A DNA stretch of 64,000 nt from an uncultured Actinomycetota bacterium (GCA_963830495.1 CAWHMS010000001.1:637917-701916), one strand, 5' to 3'; shown: positions 30,246 to 39,609, counted from the first letter of the stretch. Numbers and translations: made by a program. Notes: generated from the sequence alone by a model not told the origin.

Positions 30246-30471
30246 ATGTCTGAAGCGGCATCTGAGAGGCCTGTCTTGGATCTGCTTGCGACGATGGACC
30301 GCGGAGTCGGTCGATGTGTCGGCGCTGGATCCGGACAGGCTCATGCTCCCGGATCGCCGCGCTGGTCGCGGTCGACGCCCCTCCGGTCTCGCCTCGGCTG
30401 CGGCGACCATCGTCGCCGCGCTCGCGGTCGAGATCGAGATCGCCGACCTCGATGACCAGGGCAAGGGGTAG
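30246..30471 (+). pseudogene. decayed AhpD/CMD-like small gene (frameshifts plus internal deletion)
   Basis: MSEAASERPVLDLLATM is followed by an extra g (gatgGaccgcgg versus gatgaccgcgg in copy 1). Next comes TAESVDVSALDPDRLML in a second frame, RIAALVAVDAPPVS in a third, and then back to ..TIVAALAVEIEIADLDDQGKG*. Confidence 0.45.
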
Positions 30472-30474
30472 ACC

Positions 30475-31623
30475 GTGAGCTACGAACCCGAATCGGATGT
30501 GGGCCAGGACCAGGCATCCGAGCCTGGTGTGGGGACCGGCTTCGGTGTGCCGTCTGTCGGGTGGGTCCCGAAGGTCGGCATCGGCGCCTGGAGCTTCGTT
30601 GGGTTCGTGGCGGCGACGGCCATCGTGGTAGCCGCCCTGGCCACGGTCAGTGAGATTGTTCTGCCGCTGACGTTCGCCGCCGTGCTCGCGGTGATGTTCC
30701 AGCCCCTCGTCGGAAGCCTGGCAGCTCGCGGCCTCAAGCCCACCCTCGGCGCCGTCCTCGTGGTCGTCGGTCTGATCGCCTTGATGACCGGCGCCCTCAT
30801 AGCAACCGTCCAGGGCATAACCGAGCAGACCGACCAGATCAGCGACTCGGTCAACGCGGCAATCAGCAACGCCGCCGACTCCCTGGCCTTGGATCAGGAG
30901 TCATTGGACACGGCTCGGGCGTCGATCGAGGAGGCCGGCCCGACCATCGGCCACGGCTTCGTCACCGAAATTATCGAGGGCGTCGACGCGCTGATCGGCC
31001 TGGCCAGCGGCCTCATCCTCGGCGCCCTCATCACCTACTACCTCCTCAAAGACGGAGCACGCTTCCAGCAAGCCATCGTCGACCAGTTCGACCCGCAGCG
31101 GCGGGGTGGGATCGACGAATTCATGGATGACGCAGCCCGAACCCTGCGCGACTACGGGCGGGGACGCACCGTCATGTCTGCCATCGTGTCCGTGGTCATC
31201 GGCGTGGCCAGCCTGCTGCTCGGCCTCCCACTCGTGTTCACCATCATGGTGGCCAACTTCATCGGCGGCTACATCCCCTACATCGGTGCCTTCCTCGGCG
31301 GAGGGCTGGCCGTGATCGTCGCCCTCGGCGAGGGCGGAATGGACGTGGCAGTCATCATGCTCGTGGTGGTACTCGCCGCCAACCTGTTGCTGGAAAACTT
31401 CGTCGAGCCCAAGGTCATGAGCAAGAGCCTCGACATCCACCCGCTGGTCGTGCTCGTCGTCACCGCGCTGGGCGGGATCGTCGGAGGCATCGTCGGCCTC
31501 ATCTTGGCCGTGCCCTTCTACGTGATCGCCCGAACAGCGATCGGCCTTCTTCGATCCGGCGGCTTCTTCAAGCAGGTGGCCGACCGGGCCGAACCGACGG
31601 TGCAACGGCTGCTCGAATCATAG
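30475..31623 (+). CDS. AI-2E family transporter (PerM/YhhT-like)
   Basis: The GTG lies 3 nt after the upstream stop. The protein has 7-8 TM helices with a characteristic central soluble insert and a C-terminal segment LVVLVVTALGGIVGGIVGLILAVP. Confidence 0.85.
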   Translation: MSYEPESDVGQDQASEPGVGTGFGVPSVGWVPKVGIGAWSFVGFVAATAIVVAALATVSEIVLPLTFAAVLAVMFQPLVGSLAARGLKPTLGAVLVVVGLIALMTGALIATVQGITEQTDQISDSVNAAISNAADSLALDQESLDTARASIEEAGPTIGHGFVTEIIEGVDALIGLASGLILGALITYYLLKDGARFQQAIVDQFDPQRRGGIDEFMDDAARTLRDYGRGRTVMSAIVSVVIGVASLLLGLPLVFTIMVANFIGGYIPYIGAFLGGGLAVIVALGEGGMDVAVIMLVVVLAANLLLENFVEPKVMSKSLDIHPLVVLVVTALGGIVGGIVGLILAVPFYVIARTAIGLLRSGGFFKQVADRAEPTVQRLLES

Positions 31624-31860
31624 TCACCGCCGACCGAGCCATCTCTCACGGTTTGTTTCATGTTGTCCGGTCGCGGAAGCTGTCCGACGACAGCCGATGC
31701 GGACGATTGAAATCCATAGCGTGTCGAGCCGGCGGGCTCGAGGCGTCGACGGCGACAGGCTGTGCAGAGCAGCCGCTGGCGACTGGAGCAGTGAGATGGA
31801 CCGGACCCTTGCGGTCGTCCTCGCGTGAGTGACCTAAACCGATCCGTCGGCCTCCCGGCT

Positions 31861-32868
31861 TCAGCTCAAGATTAGGGCGGCAACCGCGAAGTAAATCACC
31901 AGCGAAAGAAGGTCCTGTACGACGGTCGCTAGAGGACCGCTGCCGAACGCCGGGTCCCGACCCAGTCTCGACATCAGCCACGGCAACGACATCGCCACCA
32001 CGGTGGCGACACTGCACGCGGCCATGAGCGACACGCTCACCACCACCGCCAGGTCGAGGGAACCGAGCACCAGCCAGACTGCCGGAAGAGTCAGCGCCGC
32101 GAGGACCAACCCGACCAGCAGTCCGGTAAGGGCCTCAAGCCGGAACACGCGACGGATGGAACCCCCAACCGACAGGCCGCGAATGACCAGAGCCTCCGTC
32201 TGCGTGCCCACCGCATCGGCCATGTAGACGATGCCGGGTATGAAGAACGCCAACCGGACATCGGAGGCAAGATCCGTCTCGAACCCTCGTACCAGCACGG
32301 CAGCGCCCGCCGATCCCAGCAACCCCAGAAGAAGCCACGGGAGCCGATGCCACAGCCGAGCCCCGATCGGCTCGTCCATGGCGTGCCGCGCCGATGCCGA
32401 CGAACTGAGGTATCCGCCCAACCGTGCCAAGTCGTCGTCATGCTCGACCAGCATCACCTTCAGCAGCCGCTCCGGCGGCACCAGCCCCCTAAACGACCCC
32501 TCCGCATCCACCACGGCGAGGCTGGACTCCCCATGGTGGGCCGCCTTCCAGGCAGCCTCCTCCTGGTTCAGCCCTGGCCGAATCACCGGAGGATCCGGAT
32601 CCATCAAGTCGCGAGCAACACTGCTCGGGTCTGCTGACAACACCTTCTCCACAGGAATCAGCCCGAGCAGCCGGTGCGAAGAAGGATCATCGAATGCGCA
32701 AACCGCGACGTCAGCAGCCGACTCGTAGCTGTTGCCAAGGAGGGCAGTTTGGAGCGCAGCAGCGGTTGTCTCCGGCGCGCAGATCGGTACACCCGTGACG
32801 AGATAGTTGTCGACGGACCCTGGTAGCAACGGCTCCGACCCCGCCGGCAGCTGTGCTTGGGAGGTCAC
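31861..32868 (-). CDS. mgtE: MgtE-family divalent cation transporter (CBS pair + MgtE TM domain, no N-domain)
   Basis: CBS-pair region (VCAFDDPSSHRLLGLIPVEKVL, LAVVDAEGSFRGLVPPERLL). The TM domain reads FFIPGIVYMADAVGTQTEALVIRGL ... GRDPAFGSGPLATVVQDLLSLVIYF. Confidence 0.8.
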   Translation of the reverse strand: MTSQAQLPAGSEPLLPGSVDNYLVTGVPICAPETTAAALQTALLGNSYESAADVAVCAFDDPSSHRLLGLIPVEKVLSADPSSVARDLMDPDPPVIRPGLNQEEAAWKAAHHGESSLAVVDAEGSFRGLVPPERLLKVMLVEHDDDLARLGGYLSSSASARHAMDEPIGARLWHRLPWLLLGLLGSAGAAVLVRGFETDLASDVRLAFFIPGIVYMADAVGTQTEALVIRGLSVGGSIRRVFRLEALTGLLVGLVLAALTLPAVWLVLGSLDLAVVVSVSLMAACSVATVVAMSLPWLMSRLGRDPAFGSGPLATVVQDLLSLVIYFAVAALILS

Positions 32869-32934
32869 CTGTGTCCAGCCCCTTTCTGCAAGCCAGTCCT
32901 GTCACGCCGCCCACCAGCAGCGCAGGTGGCGCCG

Positions 32935-32961
32935 CCAACAAAGGGCGGACAATTTCGCCCT
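32935..32961 (-). terminator. hairpin + T-rich tail (minus strand)
   Basis: The minus strand reads AGGGCG-aaattgtc-CGCCCT followed by TTGTTGG, just downstream of the ADH remnant stop and upstream of the mgtE-like start. Confidence 0.35.
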
Positions 32962-32975
32962 GCCTCCGGCGTGGC

Positions 32976-33164
32976 TCACCTGAAGACTGCCACCTTGAGT
33001 GCGCCGGTGTCGGCCGGGCGTGAGAACGCGTCGTAGGCGTGCTGCACCTCGTCGAGCCCGAATCGGTGTGTCACCAGGCCCTCGACTTCAAGGTTTCGCG
33101 CAGCAAGCAAGCGCAACAGCATCGGTGTGCTGGACGTATCCACCAGCCCCGAAGGACTCGTGAT
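32976..33164 (-). pseudogene. Zn-alcohol-dehydrogenase C-terminal fragment
   Basis: ITSPSGLVDTSSTPMLLRLLAARNLEVEGLVTHRFGLDEVQHAYDAFSRPADTGALKVAVFR* parallels the C-terminus of the intact ADH at 5516-6571 (ITTGLVSTNTTPMLLKLVAQGKL...THRFTFAQLLDAYDTFGRAAETKALKVVIKR). Confidence 0.6.
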
Positions 33165-33900
33165 ACAGAGCGGCCGTAGTGACATGAGCGTCGTCCATCC
33201 ACGCGGCCAGCAGATCGTTGCCTGAGACATCGGCCTTGTTACCGAGGGAGGCGAAGCACGCGAGACCCTGCCCGGTTTCACGCGCGACGTCGAGCAGCGC
33301 GATCCCCACACCACCCGACTGGGATGCGATGGCCAGACCGCCTGCCTCGATCGCCCTGTGGGTAGCGGCAGGGCTGAGTTGGAGAGACCAGCCCGTCCGC
33401 AAGCCGACGCTGACTGTCAAACCCGGCGTCGGTCAGCACCCTCAACATCGAAGTGTTGTCCGGCAAGACATCAGCGACAAACCTTCGAATGCCTCGATCG
33501 CGGGCTGCCGACGCCACGTGCTCCAGAAGGATTGTCCCGAGCCCGAGCCCGTGGGCCTGATCCGCGACGAGGAAGGCGACCTCGGCAGTGTCTGGCGCTA
33601 GGATCTCGCAGCTCGCAACTGCCATTAACTCGTCGTTGCGGAGAGCAACGAGTGAGAACACTTCACGTGGATCAGATCGGATGAGGTGCTCCGCGTAGCT
33701 GCGGCCGGTGTACCGGCTAACGACGAAGAACCTGAGGCGAAGGTTGTCGTCAGAGACGGCTTCGTCAAGGGCGATCAAGGCGTTGTGGTCGCTACTTGCC
33801 AACGAACGCACGGTCGCTACGGTGCCATCCAGAAGCAGGACATCAACCGCGCCCCGCCTTCCATCGGCTTGGAGTCGCCTGAGAGTGGGACCGTCGCCTC
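33165..33900 (-). pseudogene. truncated GNAT + NDP-forming acyl-CoA synthetase (Pat-like protein acetyltransferase) remnant
   Basis: The GNAT domain is VLLLDGTVATVRSLASSDHNALIALDEAVSDDNLRLRFF ... AFLVADQAHGLGLGTILLEHV. A frame change then leads to GGLAIASQSGGVGIALLDVARETGQGLACFASLGNKADVSGNDLLAAWMDDAHVTTAALYHESF. The CoA-binding domain between the two is missing, and the gene ends at the junction with the ADH fragment. Confidence 0.55.
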
Positions 33901-34097
33901 GTCCATGTCGTTCACGGGTCAACCTACCGCGGCAGCGGGCTTTGTGTTCGCAGCTGGAGTGCCGTGTTGCTTTGTGCAGACGGGCGGACGCCGTACCCTG
34001 CTCCCGGGGCATGCGCACGACTCTGCCGCAGCGGTGGTGAGAGCTACCGACGAGGGTCAAGCAGGCTTAGATCTCGACGACGAAAGGGTGGCCTCAG

Positions 34098-34283
34098 GTG
34101 GGCAGCAACAATGCAGGAGCCGCCGCGGGGGGCGGGGCGATCTACGGATTCGGCATCTTCGGTGCATGGGTGTTCTACTGGCAGCAGGCTGACTCGTTCT
34201 GGGAGTACGCGCTCTCAATCTTCCAAGGGCTCGTGTGGCCCGCTTTCATGGTCTATGAGGCCCTCTCTGCGCTCGCCCGATAG
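34098..34283 (+). CDS. small hydrophobic protein (61 aa, 2 TM)
   Basis: GTG start, Gly/Ala-rich N-terminus, then IYGFGIFGAWVFYWQQADSFWEYALSIFQGLVWPAFMVY. GC3 is high. Confidence 0.45.
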   Translation: MGSNNAGAAAGGGAIYGFGIFGAWVFYWQQADSFWEYALSIFQGLVWPAFMVYEALSALAR

Positions 34284-35078
34284 TCCATCCAACCCAGAGG
34301 GTCCCTGATCTGCTGGCGCCAGATCACTGACTGGACATCGGCTCCATCTCGGGAGCGTCCCCGCTGCGCCGCGGCCATCGTTGAGCTCGACCGGTCACTC
34401 ATTTCGGCCAGGGCCCGCGGCGCCGAACTCGGAGCCTCAGCGCTCGACGGCTTAACAGTCCGCCTCGAGCGATGGGTCGGGCTCGCTTGGACGGTCGCCC
34501 TTGCATCGCTGGGCATGATCTTCGCGCCGGGTGGCGCCGCGCTGTCAGAAGGCGACATCGAAGACCGGGGTCCTCGGAGGGTCGGTAGAAACGCCGGGCG
34601 GGAAGGGCACCGCCGCCGCGGCTGTGTCGGTGGCGGCCTCGTTGGTCGCCGCAGTGACGTCGGCCTCGGTGAAATGCTCGAGGCAGCCTGAACATCACCC
34701 GTCCCGTCGGTCTCCGTGCTGGGGTCGGGACGCTCGTGTACGGGCTTGTCCCACGTCTGGAGGTCCCAGCTGTCTACGTCCTGGTGCCATGGTCGCCCCC
34801 GGCCCGCGAGGCCGAGTTCTGGCTTGCGCCGGAAGTTTGTTTGCTACCGGACCCTCCAACGGGGTACACGCACAGTAGACCCCGTCAGCTCGGTTCTTCG
34901 ACCGGCGAAGGATGACGTCCTCATGTTCAGGATGGGAGGCCGGTTGCATCCCCTCGTCCGAACGGTCATGATCCGCGGCGATTCGGCCGAGTATCACCCC
35001 GCTTCATTCCGCCGATTTCAGACAAGTGGTCCACTCGACCTAGACTTGACGGCCTCTAGAGCGACCACGAGAGGTGCC

Positions 35079-35945
35079 ATGCGGCTACGCGCACTGCTGC
35101 ACTCCCGGGCGGCGCTCGCTCTCGGGGTTGTCGTCGCCCTGGCGGTCCCCACTCTGACCCTGCCGAGACTGCCGCAGGTGAGTCCGTGGCCGGTGGTGAT
35201 CGGGCTCGTCCCGTGGGTGATCGGCAAGTACGTGCTCTGCCCGCTGCGCTGGCGGGCACTCACCGACGCCGGGCTGACCCGCTGCTGGCACATCCGCGCC
35301 TACGCCGAGTCTGAGCTGCTCGGCCTGCTCACCCCAGGGCACGTCGGGGCGGACCTGTGGCGCATACACCGGCTGACGAACCGGGGACTGAGACGTGCCG
35401 ATGCCTTGATGAGCGTCGGCCTGGATCGTCTCATCGGCGCCATCGGCTTGGCAGTGTTCGTCGCTTTCGCGGGTGCAACTCTCCCGCTGCGCATGCTGCT
35501 CATCGCGCTCGGGGCGGCGCTTCTGCTGGTGGTTGGTGTCATAGCACTGCGCCGCTTCCGTCCCGACCTGATGCCCAGCCGTCCATGGCCCGGGCCGCGG
35601 CAGCTCGCGCACGGACTCATGCTGTCGGCCGGATACCAGCTGTCGATCGCCGGCCTACTGCTCGGGACGCTCGGCGCCACCGGTCACACGCTCTCGCCGC
35701 TCGAACTGTTGGGCGCCTTCGGTGCCAGCCAGCTGGCCGGCGCCGTGCCCGGCCCGAACGGGGCCAGCCCGCGTGACGGCGCCTTGGTTGTGGCCCTGGT
35801 CGCGATGGGCATCCCGTGGGTCGCCGCCGCCGCCGCGGTCACGCTGAAGGCTGCGCTCGCCTGGCTGCCGGCGCTCCTCCTTGGTGGGGCAAGCCTGTTG
35901 GTGACTCGACGCGCCGCACGTCGTACGACCCTCTTCCCAGCCTGA
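35079..35945 (+). CDS. flippase-like / lysyl-phosphatidylglycerol-synthase TM-region family protein (UPF0104)
   Basis: About 8 TM helices. Family-typical motifs are KYVLCPLRWRAL, LLGLLTPGHVGADLWR and SQLAGAVPGPNGASPRDGAL. Confidence 0.7.
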   Translation: MRLRALLHSRAALALGVVVALAVPTLTLPRLPQVSPWPVVIGLVPWVIGKYVLCPLRWRALTDAGLTRCWHIRAYAESELLGLLTPGHVGADLWRIHRLTNRGLRRADALMSVGLDRLIGAIGLAVFVAFAGATLPLRMLLIALGAALLLVVGVIALRRFRPDLMPSRPWPGPRQLAHGLMLSAGYQLSIAGLLLGTLGATGHTLSPLELLGAFGASQLAGAVPGPNGASPRDGALVVALVAMGIPWVAAAAAVTLKAALAWLPALLLGGASLLVTRRAARRTTLFPA

Positions 35946-36075
35946 GTTCGGGCCATTCGGTCCCGAGTCCGGGACTTTCGACCGGCGCTTTCTCGTCCGC
36001 GACGCCTGCATGATGAACATGAGCTGGGCAAGTGATACCTGAGGCCACCAGGATCAGGAAAACGGAGTAGCAGGG

Positions 36076-36897
36076 ATGCAGACATCGAACCCCGTCGACA
36101 CCCGTCTCCGACGGGCGCTGTGGATAGTGGGCCAGGCAGCCTTGGTGATCGTCGGCATCACCCTGTACTTCTCCATCCGGCACTTCACGGAGGGCTCCGA
36201 GGATGTAGCTGTCGATCACGCCCACGACATCGTTTCAATCCAAAAGTCGATGGGGCTCGACGTCGAGGGGGTGCTGCAGGCTCCGCTAGTTGGATCGCAC
36301 ATACTCGAGGCCGTTGCCAACTGGATCTATATCTGGGGACATTGGCCCGTCATCATCGTCACGATGGTCTGGCTGGCGTGGCGACACGTCGGTCAGTTCC
36401 GTCTGCTCCGCGACGCCATGATGGTTTCCGGCGCGCTCGGCATGCTGATCTACGCCGCCTACCCGGTCGCGCCACCCCGGCTCGCGGGACTCGGCCTGAT
36501 CGACACAGTGACCGAGACCTCGTCGTCGTACCGGGTTCTTCAACCGCCGGCATTCGTCAACCAGTACGCCGCGATGCCCAGCCTGCACTTCGGCTGGGAC
36601 CTTCTGGTCGGGATGGCGATCTTCGCCGCCGCCACCACCACCTTGCTTAGGGTGGTCGGCGCGGTTATGCCCTTGCTCATGGCGTACGCGGTGGTCGCGA
36701 CCGCAAACCACTACGTGCTTGACGTGGTGGGCGGCCTGTTCCTCGTGATGATCGGGTACGCCGCCGCCGTTGCACTCGAACAGCGGCGGCTGCGGCGGGC
36801 GGAGGTTCACCGCCAAGAGATGCTCACAGGGGCGGAGCTCACGGATCCAGAGGAGTCGAGAGAGCCCGCAGGCATGTCACGGACGCGCGGTGCCTGA
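36076..36897 (+). CDS. PAP2-superfamily membrane protein (PAP2_C / inositolphosphotransferase-like)
   Basis: YPVAPPRL, AAMPSLHFGW and ATANHYVLDVVGG are the C2/C3 acid-phosphatase motifs of the PAP2_C subgroup. The protein has 6 TM helices. Confidence 0.8.
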   Translation: MQTSNPVDTRLRRALWIVGQAALVIVGITLYFSIRHFTEGSEDVAVDHAHDIVSIQKSMGLDVEGVLQAPLVGSHILEAVANWIYIWGHWPVIIVTMVWLAWRHVGQFRLLRDAMMVSGALGMLIYAAYPVAPPRLAGLGLIDTVTETSSSYRVLQPPAFVNQYAAMPSLHFGWDLLVGMAIFAAATTTLLRVVGAVMPLLMAYAVVATANHYVLDVVGGLFLVMIGYAAAVALEQRRLRRAEVHRQEMLTGAELTDPEESREPAGMSRTRGA

Positions 36898-37569
36898 GTG
36901 TTGCCCCTTGCGATCGCCCACCGCGCCGGCAACTCCCTGGCCGGGCTGCACGCCGCAAATCAGCTCGGCGTCGACGTCATCGAATGCGACGTTCATCATC
37001 ATCGTGGTCGGCTCGAGGTGCGCCACTTGAAGACTGCGGGACCACTACCGTTTCTCTGGGACACCTGGGAACTTGCCTCGGCATCGGGACCCCGGCTAGG
37101 GCTCGACGAACTGCTCGAGGCTGATCTCCACGAGACCACGTTCATGCTCGATCTCAAGGGGCGACGACCAGCAACAGCCCGGACGGTCGCACGCCAGTTG
37201 CATGAGAGTGGACGTGAGCGACCCGTGCTCGTCTGCGGCCGCTACTGGCCTTCCGTGGAAACGCTGGCCGAGCTGCCATACGTGCATCCCATACTGTCGG
37301 CGCGCAACCGCGCCGAGCTCGCGCGACTCCGGCAGAGGCTGTCGTCTACCAGACCGGTCTACGGCGCCTGCGTCCACCGGTCCCTCATAGGCAAAGACCT
37401 CGTAAAGAAGCTCCACGAAAACGCACAGATCGTGATGACCTGGCCGATCAACGACGTGGCGTCTCTGGATGTGATGCTCGCGCTCGGCGTCACAGGCATC
37501 ATCAGCGACCAGATGGACGTGCTGGCGGAGATCCTGCGGCGCCGCCGGAATGACGATACTGCAGCCTGA
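36898..37569 (+). CDS. glycerophosphodiester phosphodiesterase family protein
   Basis: The GTG directly abuts the upstream TGA (tgaGTG). The N-terminal GDPD motif is IAHRAGN....N......GVDVIECDV. Confidence 0.75.
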   Translation: MLPLAIAHRAGNSLAGLHAANQLGVDVIECDVHHHRGRLEVRHLKTAGPLPFLWDTWELASASGPRLGLDELLEADLHETTFMLDLKGRRPATARTVARQLHESGRERPVLVCGRYWPSVETLAELPYVHPILSARNRAELARLRQRLSSTRPVYGACVHRSLIGKDLVKKLHENAQIVMTWPINDVASLDVMLALGVTGIISDQMDVLAEILRRRRNDDTAA

Positions 37570-37576
37570 CCTTGCC

Positions 37577-37620
37577 GGTGAGGCCAAGGGCTCGGTGAGG
37601 CCAAGGGCTCGGTGAGGCCA
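37577..37620. repeat. 17-bp tandem repeat x 2.6 (GGTGAGGCCAAGGGCTC)
   Basis: Read directly from the sequence at 37577-37593, 37594-37610 and 37611-37620 (partial). It lies between convergent stops at 37569 and 37756. Confidence 0.9.
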
Positions 37621-37755
37621 GCCTGGTACCAGTGGGTGAACGTGGACCAAACCAGGTCACACGCACTTGGGGCTGACAGGCCGCCGGTCCGCACGAACCA
37701 GGTTGCACGATTAGCTCCGTTACTGACAGCTGTTCAGGGGCCTCGTCGCGGCGGT

Positions 37756-38604
37756 TCAGCGGACAACCGCGACCGGGCAGCGGGCGTGTTGGAGCACGTT
37801 CTGACTGACCGAGCCGAGGAGCAACTCGGCGAAGGCCCCCCTCCCCCGGGACCCCACCACGACCAGCGCTGCCGCCTCCGACGCGTCCGCCAACACCCGT
37901 GCGGGGTGTACAGGGATCGCCTCGGCGGCGACCTGAACGTCGGGGTAGTTCTCGCTCCACCCAGCCAGGGCTTCGGCCAGGAAGCGATCACGGCCCGTGT
38001 CCTTCGCTGGCACATTCGTAACGGCGGCGTCAGGGTTGAGGCGGTCTGACGTCACCTGCCAGCCATGAATCGCGGTCAGTGGTACGCCTCGACGCGACGC
38101 TTCGTCGAACGCGAAGCCGATGGCGCTTTCGCTGCTTGGCCCGGCGTCGACGCCGACCACGATGCGGTTGGCCCGTGGATTGGCCTGCTCCCGGACGACG
38201 ACCACCGGGCACGCCGCGTGCCGTGCCACATGCTGGCTTACGGACCCGAGCAGGAGTCCAGCGAGCGCCCCGTGACCGCGTGAACCGACCACGATCATCG
38301 CCGCCCGCTGACTGGCCGCGATCAGCGCCGGAGCGGCGGGTATGTCGACGATCTCTGAGCTGATCGACACGTCCGCACCCTCCAAGGATGCGCGAGCCTC
38401 GTGGATCACTCGGTTCCCCTGGGCCCGGGCGTCGTCGACGTCCGCCTGCGCGAACGGGACGTCGGTGCGCTCTTGCGAAAGGGCGCACAGCAAGTGAAGA
38501 GGTGCCTTACGGCCGGCGGCTGCATCGGCAGCCCAGGCGAGCGCGCGCTCACCGTCTGCCGAGCCGTCCAAGCCGACGACGACGTCACCGTGCAGTGTGT
38601 TCAT
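37756..38604 (-). CDS. universal stress protein, tandem USP domains
   Basis: AAGGAGG lies 7 nt before the ATG at 38604. There are two USP modules, each ending G(S)RG.GA...LLGSVSQ.V..HA.CPV.VVR. Confidence 0.9.
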   Translation of the reverse strand: MNTLHGDVVVGLDGSADGERALAWAADAAAGRKAPLHLLCALSQERTDVPFAQADVDDARAQGNRVIHEARASLEGADVSISSEIVDIPAAPALIAASQRAAMIVVGSRGHGALAGLLLGSVSQHVARHAACPVVVVREQANPRANRIVVGVDAGPSSESAIGFAFDEASRRGVPLTAIHGWQVTSDRLNPDAAVTNVPAKDTGRDRFLAEALAGWSENYPDVQVAAEAIPVHPARVLADASEAAALVVVGSRGRGAFAELLLGSVSQNVLQHARCPVAVVR

Positions 38605-38721
38605 GTCGCGCCTCCTTAGTTCGAGACTGATGTTCGTCCTGGCCAAGTCTGTGCGCTCGGGTTGCGAGCGTAATAGGCCAGTGTCCTCCTGCCGGGGCGG
38701 TTCATTGCGACGTGCTGCCCA

Positions 38722-39609
38722 CTAGGTCGACGAGGCCGCGTAGATGCTGGCGATGGAAGCATCGAGCGCGGCGTCGAATGCCTGTTCGCTCATCTGAACC
38801 CTCAGGCCCTCAGTGAGCGCTCGCGAAAAGCTGGCGATCACGCCCCGGTTCCTGCTGAGCCGGGCGTCGGCTTCTTCGCGCGTGTAGCCGCCGGACAACG
38901 CAGCTACACGAAGCACACGGCGGTGCTCGAGCAACTCGCGATGGAAGCCGTCCTCTTCCGGCAGGGTCAACTTCAGCATGACATCCTGCCCCTCGGCCAA
39001 CCCGTCAAGCTGGCCGAGAAGCGCGTCCCTGAGCAGCTTCTCTGCGGCGGTCTTCTCCGGGCTGTGGATGTCGACCTCCGGTTCGACGATCGGCACCAGG
39101 CCGGCAGCCATGATCGGCCGCGCCACTTCGAACTGTTGGAGAACCACGGCATCGACGCCGACCCGATCGGCGGTCAACACAACCGACCTCATCTTGGTGC
39201 CGAACACGCCGTGCCGCTTTGCACGCTCAAGCAGCGCATCGAGATCGGGGATCGGCTTCATCATCCTGACGCCGTCGGCCTCAGCCTCAAGCCCCTTATC
39301 CACCTTGAGGAACGGAACGATGCGCTTCTGCGTCCAAAGGTACTCCGCCGAGCCCATCCCCTCGATCTGCCGATCCACGGTCTTCTCGAACAGGATCGCC
39401 GCCAAGATGCGGTCACCGTCGAACACCGGGCTGCTGATGATACGGGTGCGCATCTGGTGAATGAGGTCGTACATCGTCGCGTCGTCGGAGTAAGCCGACT
39501 CTTCAACGCCGTAAAGCCGCAAGGCCTTCGGCGTACTGCCCCCGCTCTGGTCAAGTGCGGCGATGAAACCATTCCCAGTCTTCATCTTGGCGAGCATGTC
39601 TTCGTTCAC
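38722..39609 (-). CDS. class I fructose-bisphosphate aldolase
   Basis: GFIAALDQSGGSTPKAL, ILFEKT and PFLKVDKGL (Schiff-base Lys region) are typical of class I FBA. The start is a GTG after GGAGAGGGA. Confidence 0.9.
   Translation of the reverse strand: MNEDMLAKMKTGNGFIAALDQSGGSTPKALRLYGVEESAYSDDATMYDLIHQMRTRIISSPVFDGDRILAAILFEKTVDRQIEGMGSAEYLWTQKRIVPFLKVDKGLEAEADGVRMMKPIPDLDALLERAKRHGVFGTKMRSVVLTADRVGVDAVVLQQFEVARPIMAAGLVPIVEPEVDIHSPEKTAAEKLLRDALLGQLDGLAEGQDVMLKLTLPEEDGFHRELLEHRRVLRVAALSGGYTREEADARLSRNRGVIASFSRALTEGLRVQMSEQAFDAALDASIASIYAASST

Noticed and set aside
32869-32975. Mg2+ (M-box) riboswitch upstream of the mgtE-like gene.
   Set aside because: Only ~107 nt are available, and I cannot find the conserved M-box helices or motifs. 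The one hairpin present is better explained as the old terminator of the upstream ADH remnant.
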